From positions 1 to 64,000 of the IMG/VR virus record IMGVR_UViG_3300020183_000046: a DNA stretch of 64,000 nt; one strand, given 5' to 3'. Below the pieces are notes generated by a model. The model saw only the letters and a list, made by a program, of their open reading frames with translations, made no database searches and had not been told where the DNA came from. This DNA is from a virus. Shown here piece by piece: positions 30,725-39,406 of the stretch (within the stretch, counting starts at the first letter, position 1; each line of letters begins with the position of its first letter). Both the position numbers and the translations under genes were made by a program.

Positions 30725-31767
30725 ACAAGCTCCAGTGCTTCGACGTACAAAGATTTCAAAAGATTCTTGAGACCAGATTTATCTTGATGCTCAAGGTCAT
30801 CAACATACTTCTCAAGAATAGTGAGAGTGTCTTCAGTTTCAATATCAATTTCTTCTCGGAGATCTGATTCGAAAGAAGGGTCCTCGATGATCTTTACTTC
30901 ATGTACTCCTGCTGCAAAAAGTTGAGTTACAAAAAAATCAAACTTGTGAGAGTCATTTTTCTTTTCAACTACAACCTTAACAAATTTCTCTGAGTAATCT
31001 TTGTACTTAAACTTAGAACTATTTACCTTGCTTTCATCATAGTAAATCTTTTCATAGATTTCATATGGATTTTGAATGTACTCAAGTTCAAGAGTGTCTG
31101 TGTCAAAGATATGAAATCCTCTTTGATCTTTGTAATCATTCCAATAAATTTGGTAAGGATTGCCAAGGTACTTTACATTAGCTCTGGATGACTTGTGATG
31201 GTAGTGTCCCGAGAATACTTGCTTGAACTTTTTATAGCGACCGCTCTCATCACCGTGGTCCATGATGAGTCCTCTACGGACTTCAAATCCGTTGAGCTCA
31301 AGGTGCCCCATCGCACACTCGCAAGTTGTCTTTTCAATAAGTTGGAAAGTTTCTTCAGCATTTTCTTGATTGATCCATGGAACAAACAAAATACCCAAAC
31401 CACCAATATTCACTTCAGTTGGTTTTGAGTATATCTTAATATTATCATACTGCCCAAGAACGTTATCCAGGGTGTTGATGTTATTGGTATCTTTAAAGTA
31501 TGCCGTGTGATTACCAACAACAGAATAAACATTCACGCCCATTTTATCTAGGCGGTCGTAATAATTTTTTCTAGCCCAGTGAATAGACCACAAGTCAATA
31601 TTGCGGCGGTTGTCAAATGTATCACCTAAGTCAATTACTACTTTGATGTCACGTTCTTCCAGTGTTGGAAAAAAGATGTTGTTATAAAATTTTAGGAAGA
31701 AGTCATGAAAGATTCTGTTTGACTTTCTTGCTCCAAAATGCTGGTCTGTAATGATCGCTACTTTCAT
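30721..31767 (-). CDS. g47: Recombination endonuclease nuclease subunit (gp47, Mre11-like)
   Basis: TDQHFG; DLGDTFD; GNH; SGHYH. Confidence 0.96.
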   Translation of the reverse strand: MKVAIITDQHFGARKSNRIFHDFFLKFYNNIFFPTLEERDIKVVIDLGDTFDNRRNIDLWSIHWARKNYYDRLDKMGVNVYSVVGNHTAYFKDTNNINTLDNVLGQYDNIKIYSKPTEVNIGGLGILFVPWINQENAEETFQLIEKTTCECAMGHLELNGFEVRRGLIMDHGDESGRYKKFKQVFSGHYHHKSSRANVKYLGNPYQIYWNDYKDQRGFHIFDTDTLELEYIQNPYEIYEKIYYDESKVNSSKFKYKDYSEKFVKVVVEKKNDSHKFDFFVTQLFAAGVHEVKIIEDPSFESDLREEIDIETEDTLTILEKYVDDLEHQDKSGLKNLLKSLYVEALELV

Positions 31768-31832
31768 AATTTAAATACTCGTTACAACTTGCCACCTACG
31801 TAACCTTCGTGGGTTGAAATTGGATCTGGAAA

Positions 31833-32054
31833 TCATTTCTTCTTTTTATTCTTAGGTTCTTTGTGATCTAGAACTTCAACGTGACTTAAAAAATTACCAC
31901 CACGCTCAAACCACCTACGCTGCACATCTTCATAATTATCAAAGATAACAGATTCGCCAGTGCTTGTTACTAATTTATAATCGTGACGGAGATATGGTTC
32001 GTCAGATGTTTGTCGGAAATAGCGTGGATCAGAGGGGTCAATAAGCTGAGTCAT
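31833..32054 (-). CDS. Hypothetical protein
   Basis: ORF track; ATGA coupling. Confidence 0.6.
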   Translation of the reverse strand: MTQLIDPSDPRYFRQTSDEPYLRHDYKLVTSTGESVIFDNYEDVQRRWFERGGNFLSHVEVLDHKEPKNKKKK

Positions 32055-32236
32055 TCGAGTGTAATTGCAGTGCGTGGGGTGTGGGGTGTACGGCGAATAG
32101 ATGATGCTTTGAATATTTTAGCAAAGGAAGAGTCCCATACAAGTTCTTCATCTGCTTCTGTTAGCGGACCCCAACGGGAGGTAGCAAGTGCTGATTTAAG
32201 TAGTGTTTTAATAAGATCAATCATAATCATTTGCAA
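32051..32236 (-). CDS. Hypothetical protein
   Basis: ORF track; coupled to downstream ORF. Confidence 0.45.
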   Translation of the reverse strand: MQMIMIDLIKTLLKSALATSRWGPLTEADEELVWDSSFAKIFKASSIRRTPHTPRTAITLE

Positions 32237-32260
32237 TACGTTCTAATTCTTCTTCGTTAC

Positions 32261-32731
32261 TCATTTGATTCTAATCTCTACGTTTTCTTTGATGGTGTTA
32301 TAGTCCGAAGAAAAATCGTTGTCATCAGAATGAAACACTTGTTCATATCCAGATCTAGTAAGAATTTTATTCTTGATTTCTAGCTGACGTTTTTCTTTTT
32401 GGATTCTACGCAAGAAAGCATAGTAGATGATCTGAGTAAAGTAAGCAAAGGGATTGCTTGATTTATCAGGATTAAAGTTCTCGATGTATTGAACGCAGTT
32501 CTCAATTCCATCACAGATCATATCCTCTCTGAACATGTAGTTCACGAAGTTTGGTTTGTATGATAAGTGAGTTGCGATCTTCAGAAAACACTCGCCAATA
32601 TAATTATTAATTTGAGGACGTGGTTCACCCTTCTCAGCAGCAACTTTGCACTTGCGTTTGAATTCGATGAGTTCCTCTAAGAATTCTTTGTTATTAACGT
32701 AGTGTTCTGATTTTCCAGTTTTCTTTGTCAT
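32261..32731 (-). CDS. g55: Late transcription sigma factor (gp55)
   Basis: HYVNNKEF; NFVNYMFREDMI.DG; NPFAYFTQI. Confidence 0.96.
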   Translation of the reverse strand: MTKKTGKSEHYVNNKEFLEELIEFKRKCKVAAEKGEPRPQINNYIGECFLKIATHLSYKPNFVNYMFREDMICDGIENCVQYIENFNPDKSSNPFAYFTQIIYYAFLRRIQKEKRQLEIKNKILTRSGYEQVFHSDDNDFSSDYNTIKENVEIRIK

Positions 32732-32758
32732 TCATACAACATGTATTGATTTTCTATA

Positions 32759-32787
32759 AGTGTAGCAAATTGAACTGCGTAAGTCAA
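32759..32787 (-). promoter_or_regulatory. Sigma70-type promoter for g55
   Basis: TTGACT-17-TACACT. Confidence 0.7.
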
Positions 32788-32792
32788 GGGGC

Positions 32793-32821
32793 TTGACAGA
32801 CCCCCCAAAAAACGATACAAT
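32793..32821 (+). promoter_or_regulatory. Divergent sigma70-type promoter with no plus-strand gene downstream
   Basis: TTGACA-17-TACAAT. Confidence 0.65.
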
Positions 32822-32857
32822 AACCCTGTGGAGGGTTCAAAAAATAGTTAATAGCTT

Positions 32858-33241
32858 TTATCTTTTAAATAGATTCTCTAATCTTTTTCTAGCTTCTTCT
32901 ACAGATCCAAGTCTTCCTATCCCGTTTGTCTTGTCTACATTCAATTGATTTGAATCACGATTTAATTTTCTCAAAGAGAGCTTGTAGAATACTTCGACTT
33001 CTGAACTGACTTCTACAAGTGTGACAATTTTTTCTTTTGGAATAATGAATACAGTTTCATTTGAGAACTTCATCCAGGGTCCAACTTTGGCTCCTGCTTT
33101 CCTACCGAGTTGAACTTCTTCTACTTCGATTGGATTCTCAACAATTACATATTCTCCAGCTTCATCATTAACAGGACAAACGACAGCAAGAATCTCTTCA
33201 CCAGTAATTAGTTTTAGTGCGGCAAGAAATTCCTCATCCAT
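32858..33241 (-). CDS. Sm-like conserved protein downstream of uvsW
   Basis: LKLITGEEILAVV...NPI...PWMKFS. Confidence 0.75.
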   Translation of the reverse strand: MDEEFLAALKLITGEEILAVVCPVNDEAGEYVIVENPIEVEEVQLGRKAGAKVGPWMKFSNETVFIIPKEKIVTLVEVSSEVEVFYKLSLRKLNRDSNQLNVDKTNGIGRLGSVEEARKRLENLFKR

Positions 33242-33242
33242 T

Positions 33243-34715
33243 TTAGTTATCTCGAATGCGAACATCGATGAATTCATAATTAAAGTTTTCTTCGTTGTAT
33301 ATTTTTACTCTTTCTACTAAGTGATTGAGTGTATAGTTTTTTTTTGATCCTTTTGATATATCGTCAGCAATATCATAAAGTACTGCTTTTCTTTTGTTCT
33401 CACCTTTTCTGAGAACGCGCCCGATACTTTGTAAGTTTCTTACTCTTGATTTTGACGGGGAGGCAAATACAACATTATGAAGATTACGAATGTTGATGCC
33501 TGTACTAAATGTTCCGTATGATGCAACGATGATAGAGTTCGATGTAGTCTCTGCGATTTGTCTAACTTTCTCGCGGTCTTCGACTTCTACTCCCCCGTGT
33601 ACCAAGAAGACCAATCGATCTTCTCCAACTTTATTATTTATGAGATCAAATAAAGGCATACCATGACGCTCAACGTAGTTAAACAGCACGAGAGTATTAC
33701 CCTCAAGATCACACACCAGATTGCGAATGAATTTGTTTCTACCAGAATGCTCTACAAGGTAATCAATCTCTTGCTGGTAGCTATCAAATGCTTTTGAGTC
33801 ATGCTTTAGAATAAGAACCTTAATTTCAAATTCAGAGAGATGCCCCTGTTGAATAAGACTCTCAGTCTTAATGACTTTATTGACAGCACCAAACACACCT
33901 TCAAGAACAAGGCGATTGGTTGCAGTTCCGTCTAATGTACCTGTGAACCCAACGCGGTATTTACAATCATGCAACTTATTCATGATCCCAGTGAGTGACT
34001 TAGCTTTAAAGAGATGTGCCTCGTCTCCAATCACTGCTCCAAAATCATTAAAGTAATTCTTAGGGAGCTTGTAGATAGACTGCCAAGTTGTAATCACCAC
34101 ATCCTTTTTGGAAATCGGAGATTGTCCACCATATACTTTATGGCAGTGGTGCTTAGCGTTCCAACCATAATCCTCAAAGTCCTTATACATCTGTTCGACC
34201 AGCGATGTAGTTGGGACAACGATGAGTGTCTTTAAATTCTTTTTCTCGAAGTATCTGATAATCGCATAGATCATCAGCGATTTTCCAGATCCAGTCGGAG
34301 ACAACAGAAGCTTCCTTTTGTTTCTCAGAGCTTCGTAGATGCCTTTGTATTGATAGTCTCTTACTTTATGTGGTATGTTTAGAGTCTTTACGAATTCTCC
34401 GATTCCTTCAGGGGTGACAAACTCATCCACTTCTGATGGAAGTCCGTAAAACTTGTTTTCTCTATAGACATATTCATACCCCCTTTCCTTGCAAAAACTT
34501 GTAACGTAAGGGAGAAGACCAACATAAATCTCGCCCGTACCAGGGGAGAATAATTTGATTTTGCCATCCCAGAACCTCTTCTTATAAGCTGACATGAATT
34601 TCGCTTGAGGTACATCAAACGTGAACTCGTCAGCTAACTCATATTGTACGTGCGGTTCACAATCAATCTTTAAATAAACCTCGTTCTTCTTTTCGATGAT
34701 GACACTAGACTTCAT
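33243..34715 (-). CDS. uvsW: RNA-DNA/DNA-DNA helicase UvsW
   Basis: SPTGSGKS; DEAH; TGT; QSIGRVLR. Confidence 0.95.
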   Translation of the reverse strand: MKSSVIIEKKNEVYLKIDCEPHVQYELADEFTFDVPQAKFMSAYKKRFWDGKIKLFSPGTGEIYVGLLPYVTSFCKERGYEYVYRENKFYGLPSEVDEFVTPEGIGEFVKTLNIPHKVRDYQYKGIYEALRNKRKLLLSPTGSGKSLMIYAIIRYFEKKNLKTLIVVPTTSLVEQMYKDFEDYGWNAKHHCHKVYGGQSPISKKDVVITTWQSIYKLPKNYFNDFGAVIGDEAHLFKAKSLTGIMNKLHDCKYRVGFTGTLDGTATNRLVLEGVFGAVNKVIKTESLIQQGHLSEFEIKVLILKHDSKAFDSYQQEIDYLVEHSGRNKFIRNLVCDLEGNTLVLFNYVERHGMPLFDLINNKVGEDRLVFLVHGGVEVEDREKVRQIAETTSNSIIVASYGTFSTGINIRNLHNVVFASPSKSRVRNLQSIGRVLRKGENKRKAVLYDIADDISKGSKKNYTLNHLVERVKIYNEENFNYEFIDVRIRDN

Positions 34716-35118
34716 AACCTTTCAAAAATTTGGCAAACTCAATCGCGTTCTTAATATGGAATGAACGATTGTTAATTGCCGTGATGATGGTCTTTAGTGA
34801 TTCGACCATCTGGTTATAATACTTAAGTTTCAGAACCGCTCTTTGATATTCTTCGTCAGAGTCTATGTAGATGCCTACATCTTGTTTGAGAAGTTTAATG
34901 TGAAAAGGTTTTTCTGATTTGCCAGTATAAAATTCCCAACGATCACGGTATACCGATTTTACGGTTAGCTCTTGCTGATCCCGAAGAACCGCAAAACTAT
35001 TGTATAGTCTTAAATATTTAGCATGTAATCTGGGGATCGATAATGAGTCATGATCTAATTTTTCATCATCTAAGTGGGAATCCTTTTCCCACATTTCGTC
35101 AAGGGTTTCAAGATTCAT
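34705..35118 (-). CDS. uvsY: Recombination mediator UvsY
   Basis: IPRLHAKY...I.NRSF.IKNAIE. Confidence 0.9.
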   Translation of the reverse strand: MNLETLDEMWEKDSHLDDEKLDHDSLSIPRLHAKYLRLYNSFAVLRDQQELTVKSVYRDRWEFYTGKSEKPFHIKLLKQDVGIYIDSDEEYQRAVLKLKYYNQMVESLKTIITAINNRSFHIKNAIEFAKFLKGYEV

Positions 35119-35672
35119 ACAATCTGTCCGTCAGAGTCAGTGATTTCATATAAAGTATACTTGAAATTTACCTCTGCTGTAAAGTAATTAATATCTGTAG
35201 CAGTGGAATCAAATTCCAAGGTTGTTAAACTAGTTGGCCAAATATTGTAAAAATTGACACTCGATACTGTATTGTAGTTGCTATTAAGAATCAGTAGACG
35301 TGCGTCACTCATTTGTTTAGTGAAGCTTGTAGATCTACCTGATTCATCTACAGTTTGAATATACTCATAGAACTCTTCCCATTCCTGTGGGTTTGTGAGT
35401 CCTTTGAGCCATCTGTAAATCTCATAATAATTATCAAGTGTTTCGTTCACCAGGAATCTGAGATTCAGATCTCCGTATGTGATCTTGTCTCCTGGTACAC
35501 TGAAATCTTTGATTGGTGTTTGGATTTCTCGAATACCAATATTCACATCTGGAATCGAAGCTGATTGGCAGAAGTAGTCCACGTTTGGAGTTCTACCAAT
35601 AACAAATTTGAATCCTACTGGAGATAAGAAGTTTTGATTTCTTGGAGAAAATAAATTTGTTTCAGACGCCAT
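35115..35672 (-). CDS. g3: Tail completion/terminator protein (gp3)
   Basis: NFLSP.GF; F.CQSA.IP; FLV.E.L.NY; synteny. Confidence 0.88.
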   Translation of the reverse strand: MASETNLFSPRNQNFLSPVGFKFVIGRTPNVDYFCQSASIPDVNIGIREIQTPIKDFSVPGDKITYGDLNLRFLVNETLDNYYEIYRWLKGLTNPQEWEEFYEYIQTVDESGRSTSFTKQMSDARLLILNSNYNTVSSVNFYNIWPTSLTTLEFDSTATDINYFTAEVNFKYTLYEITDSDGQIV

Positions 35673-35823
35673 CTTTCTTATCACCACTAATCATATTTAG
35701 TTTCATACTGTCACAGGGTAAAGTAACTGATTCCACATCCACATAGCGCATGTAATCAACCTTACAAACGTTAGGTCCGATTTCTGCCATACCAATAATC
35801 GCAAATGCGATTAGGTCAATCAT
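35662..35823 (-). CDS. Small hypothetical protein (53 aa)
   Basis: Manual translation MIDLIAFAIIGMAEIGPNVCKVDYM...; ATGA overlap. Confidence 0.5.
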   Translation of the reverse strand: MIDLIAFAIIGMAEIGPNVCKVDYMRYVDVESVTLPCDSMKLNMISGDKKDGV

Positions 35824-35927
35824 TTTTTCTTTCCTCCGTTCTTAGCTTTATTAGCGGTAGCGTTACCTTGGTTTTGCTTTTTATTATTGGCAGATCCTTT
35901 CTTGCCTTTGTTAGCTGACTTCGCCAT
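35820..35927 (-). CDS. Small basic K/N/A/G-rich peptide (35 aa)
   Basis: MAKSANKGKKGSANNKKQNQGNATANKAKNGGKKK following an ATAAATA late promoter. Confidence 0.55.
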   Translation of the reverse strand: MAKSANKGKKGSANNKKQNQGNATANKAKNGGKKK

Positions 35928-35961
35928 GGTACATGTGCGTGGAATAATATATTTATCCCAA

Positions 35962-35987
35962 TAAAAAAGGACCTCCGAAGAGGTCCC
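35962..35987 (-). terminator. Intrinsic terminator of g23
   Basis: GGACCTC-TTCG-GAGGTCC-TTTTTT. Confidence 0.9.
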
Positions 35988-36007
35988 AGTAAATGTGAGG
36001 GAAAGAC

Positions 36008-37369
36008 TCACATGAGGTTCTTAACGCGAACGCGACGATAGTAAGCGTTAGCAGACAGGTTGCTGCTGTGCTGAGGATCGCTATTGCTCAGTGCAGTCAG
36101 ACCCTTAGCAAATGGGTTCAGGACCATGCCGTAGCGGGTCTTGAATCCGATGCGTGGCTGGAAGGTATCCTGACCGATCGCTCTGTACATTTGCAGAGGA
36201 ACGTATGGGCAATAGAAGAGACCAGCGTCATAAGCGTTGGAACCCTTGTAGCCAACAACGTAGTATTGGTCAGAAGCAACGTTTGCCGAATAAGGATCAA
36301 TATAGACCTTGAAGCGACCGTTGAGAGTGCCGACAAAGGTGTTACCAGTGTCATCGATCTCGCCCAGACCACCAACAGCTTGATTGATGCCGCTGGAGTA
36401 GTCCAGAACGCCTGCCATAGCGAGTGCAGAAGCAACGTCAGCAGAAGTGACGATGACGTTACCCTTCCCTCTACGAGTCTCTTGTGCGATTGCGTTGGCA
36501 TCGCGCTCGATTTGGAAGAGCAGACCTTTGAACTTCTCAACCGACCAACGACCGTTGGAGTCAACGTCGAGGTCAAATACGCCAGCGTTAGCAACGTTAG
36601 CTTGAGCACCAGGCTTAGCACCGCGATATACGGTACGAACAACCTCACGGTTGATCTCAGCAAGGATCTCGGTTGACAGAATGTTTGCCAGCTCCGACTC
36701 GGCATCAAGACCGTGGATCGCCTTGAGGTCTTGTGCCAGTTCAACGGAGTAATCGGCTCTCAGCGCACGACCTTTTGCTTCAACAGCAATACGATCGATG
36801 GTGAATGCCATCTCGTTGAACTCACTACCGCTGTCACCAGCAGCTTCCAGGTTTGAAGTGGAGAGCTTGGAGGAAGCGAGGTCGTAGTTGGTTGCGGTTG
36901 TACCACCACCAGTTGCGTCGTTGATCAGACCTGGGTTCAGTTCTGTGGTTGGGGTTGTGGTTGCGCCCAGAGTACCAGAGAACTGTGCGTCTGCCTCGTC
37001 GAAGAAGGCTTCAGAACCAGTCTGGTTGGTGTAACGTGAACGCATCGCGAAGATGAGTCCAGTAGGACCTGTCATAGGTTGAACACCTGCGATGTCATAA
37101 GCAATCAGCTTAGGCATCGAACGGCGGATCAGGCTAATGAGGATAGGGTCGAAACCGAAAACATTACCTGATGCGGTTGTTGGGGTGTTGATAGGACCAA
37201 CGTTGGTTGGTGCTTCGGTAAGGATGGCACGCTCCTCACGCATAGCTTTCTCTTGGTTTTCCAGGAGGATAGCGGTAACAGCCTTACGATAGTTATCCTT
37301 GATTTCAGGAAGACCATCATGGTTAAGGACTGGTGACCACTTCTCTTGGAGGTTCTCAGATTGATACAT
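36008..37369 (-). CDS. g23: Major capsid protein (gp23)
   Basis: VQPMTGPTGLIFAMR; YSVELAQDLKAIHGLDAE.EL; FQPRIGFKTRYG. Confidence 0.98.
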   Translation of the reverse strand: MYQSENLQEKWSPVLNHDGLPEIKDNYRKAVTAILLENQEKAMREERAILTEAPTNVGPINTPTTASGNVFGFDPILISLIRRSMPKLIAYDIAGVQPMTGPTGLIFAMRSRYTNQTGSEAFFDEADAQFSGTLGATTTPTTELNPGLINDATGGGTTATNYDLASSKLSTSNLEAAGDSGSEFNEMAFTIDRIAVEAKGRALRADYSVELAQDLKAIHGLDAESELANILSTEILAEINREVVRTVYRGAKPGAQANVANAGVFDLDVDSNGRWSVEKFKGLLFQIERDANAIAQETRRGKGNVIVTSADVASALAMAGVLDYSSGINQAVGGLGEIDDTGNTFVGTLNGRFKVYIDPYSANVASDQYYVVGYKGSNAYDAGLFYCPYVPLQMYRAIGQDTFQPRIGFKTRYGMVLNPFAKGLTALSNSDPQHSSNLSANAYYRRVRVKNLM

Positions 37370-37405
37370 TTGAGTTCTCCTTTTAGGGGTTTAAGTGGGT
37401 TACAA

Positions 37406-38461
37406 TCAGATGCGCTTAGCGAGAGCAGCAACGTATGCTGACATAGACTCGCTAACGACTTCAATTTTGGCTGGTTCATCTGAAGAAATTTCTCCAGGAA
37501 CCTCTACTTTGGGAGCACCAAAGTATGATTCTTTGATTTGAATCAGCTTCTCACGATACGACTCTTCAGTTTTGAATTCAACTGCTTCAGCGAGAGAGGT
37601 GAACTTATCCTTTTGGGTCTCTGCGAGACCACGGGTCAGTTCATTCAAAATCTCATTTTTACGATAACCAGATACCTTCTCATGCAGTTGGATATTCTTC
37701 TCAACTTGTTCGTTGAGTCGGGTCTCCATTTCATCAAGCTTTTCGCTCATCTCTGAAACAAGATCAAGTTGCTCGTTAGGAACGTTGATGTTGCTTTCGA
37801 TGAACAGATTTCTAAGACCTTCCATGAAGCTCTCTACAATTTCAGCGCGGAGACCTTGCTCAATAGAGAGCTCGTTCTCGGTCATCCACTCTTCACATGC
37901 ATAATTCAGGAAGTTCTCTACACGTCCAGCAAACTCTTCTTTGATCGATTCGATCTCTTCAGTGAGTTTTGCTTCGACGGATTCCTTAATAGCAAAAACC
38001 TTTTCTTCTACTTTTGCAGATACTGCTGCTTCGAAAACGGTTTTTGCTTTTTCTTGGAATTCTTCGGACAGATCAGCACCAGACAGAATCGCTACGATGT
38101 CTTCGGTGTTGTCCTCTTCGGTAACTACCTCGCCCTCTGCCTCTACTTCGTCAAAGATCTTTGCAGACAGAGCACCAGGCATAGCGGAGGAAGCACCACT
38201 AGGCTTGGTCTTGAGGGTAGAATCTTTAGTCGCAGTCACAGGAGCAGCAGCCTTGGCACCAGGATTATCTGTGCCTTCTGGTTTCTCCTTGCTGTTGCTT
38301 GCAACCTCCGAACCATCATTCTTGAGGTCGGACTTTTGAGGAGGAACAGCGCCTTTCTTGATGGCAGCATCGCCAGTGGCAGCTTCTTCCTCAATAACTT
38401 CTTCTTCAACCGCAGTCTTTTCTGCGATCAATTTCTGAAATTTTTCATCAATAGTAGACAT
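37406..38461 (-). CDS. g22: Prohead core scaffold (gp22)
   Basis: LSEEF.EKAKTVFEAAV; acidic coiled coil; TATAAATA at 38506-38513. Confidence 0.93.
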   Translation of the reverse strand: MSTIDEKFQKLIAEKTAVEEEVIEEEAATGDAAIKKGAVPPQKSDLKNDGSEVASNSKEKPEGTDNPGAKAAAPVTATKDSTLKTKPSGASSAMPGALSAKIFDEVEAEGEVVTEEDNTEDIVAILSGADLSEEFQEKAKTVFEAAVSAKVEEKVFAIKESVEAKLTEEIESIKEEFAGRVENFLNYACEEWMTENELSIEQGLRAEIVESFMEGLRNLFIESNINVPNEQLDLVSEMSEKLDEMETRLNEQVEKNIQLHEKVSGYRKNEILNELTRGLAETQKDKFTSLAEAVEFKTEESYREKLIQIKESYFGAPKVEVPGEISSDEPAKIEVVSESMSAYVAALAKRI

Positions 38462-38515
38462 AATTGCTCCTACGGGTAATAAGACTGCGGGGTAATTTCT
38501 ATATTTATTTATAAA

Positions 38516-39163
38516 TCACAAATTTCTGAGGAAAAGTTCAAATGCGCGTAACTTTCTCTCTTGAAGCTCTTGACTACTGGGTGCAGTGTCAAGCATTTGC
38601 TTGATCTGTTCGATGTGTACTTCCTTAATGCGGTTACCTTCCATGACCCACTCTTTACCTTCATAGATTCCCTCAACAAATGCATCGGGGGCAGAAGGAT
38701 CTGCTACGATATCCGCAGCAGTAGCAAGCATAAAGTCATCAGCAACTACATTAGTGTTTCCCTCTTTTCTAATGGAACCAAGTCCTCTAGAAGAGACACC
38801 GAGCTGAACCCCCTCGTCAAGTAAGCTCTTTGCGATCTTACCCATAGGGGTTTCTAAAAGTTTTGCCTTACCAATAAAGTTTGTACCTTCTGGATAAAGC
38901 TCAACAATTTTATGTGACACACGATCGAGGTTAATCGTTGGACCGTCAGGATGTCCAAGTTCTCCGAGAGCACGTCCGCGCTGAACGAACTCTTCGTTGT
39001 ACTTATTGACCTCACGTTCCATGGTTGCATATTTGTACATGCGCCCATTTCTGTTATTGATCTCAGTTTGAAGGAAGATACCCTTAATAAAAGTATCTTT
39101 CTTACCGTCGTTTTCTTCGGTAAGAATTTCAATATCTTCAATCTGTTCCGTGATCAGTTTCAT
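38516..39163 (-). CDS. g21: Prohead protease (gp21)
   Basis: NRNGRMY; ALGELGHP; GVSSRGLGS; DIVADPSAPDA. Confidence 0.96.
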   Translation of the reverse strand: MKLITEQIEDIEILTEENDGKKDTFIKGIFLQTEINNRNGRMYKYATMEREVNKYNEEFVQRGRALGELGHPDGPTINLDRVSHKIVELYPEGTNFIGKAKLLETPMGKIAKSLLDEGVQLGVSSRGLGSIRKEGNTNVVADDFMLATAADIVADPSAPDAFVEGIYEGKEWVMEGNRIKEVHIEQIKQMLDTAPSSQELQERKLRAFELFLRNL

Positions 39164-39386
39164 CGGTTTCCTCTTCTGTGGTTTCGTCTTCAGTTTCTTC
39201 CTCTTCTTCGCTTTCGGGTTCTCCGTCTACGGGAACATGAGGAAACATTTTTGCTGCAATATCTTGTTTAGAAGCATCCACTGCCATAGCAGCTTTTACC
39301 TGCAGCATGTCTTTGAGTTTTGCAAGCGCATCCGCTTGATCATTATCCCAAAGCAAATCAACGATTTCTCGCTCTTGTGTATCCAT
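39138..39386 (-). CDS. Small acidic prohead core protein (gp67-like)
   Basis: Position between g20 and g21; acidic tail. Confidence 0.6.
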   Translation of the reverse strand: MDTQEREIVDLLWDNDQADALAKLKDMLQVKAAMAVDASKQDIAAKMFPHVPVDGEPESEEEEETEDETTEEETDETDHGTD

Positions 39387-39406
39387 AATATTAACTTGAC
39401 TGTAAA

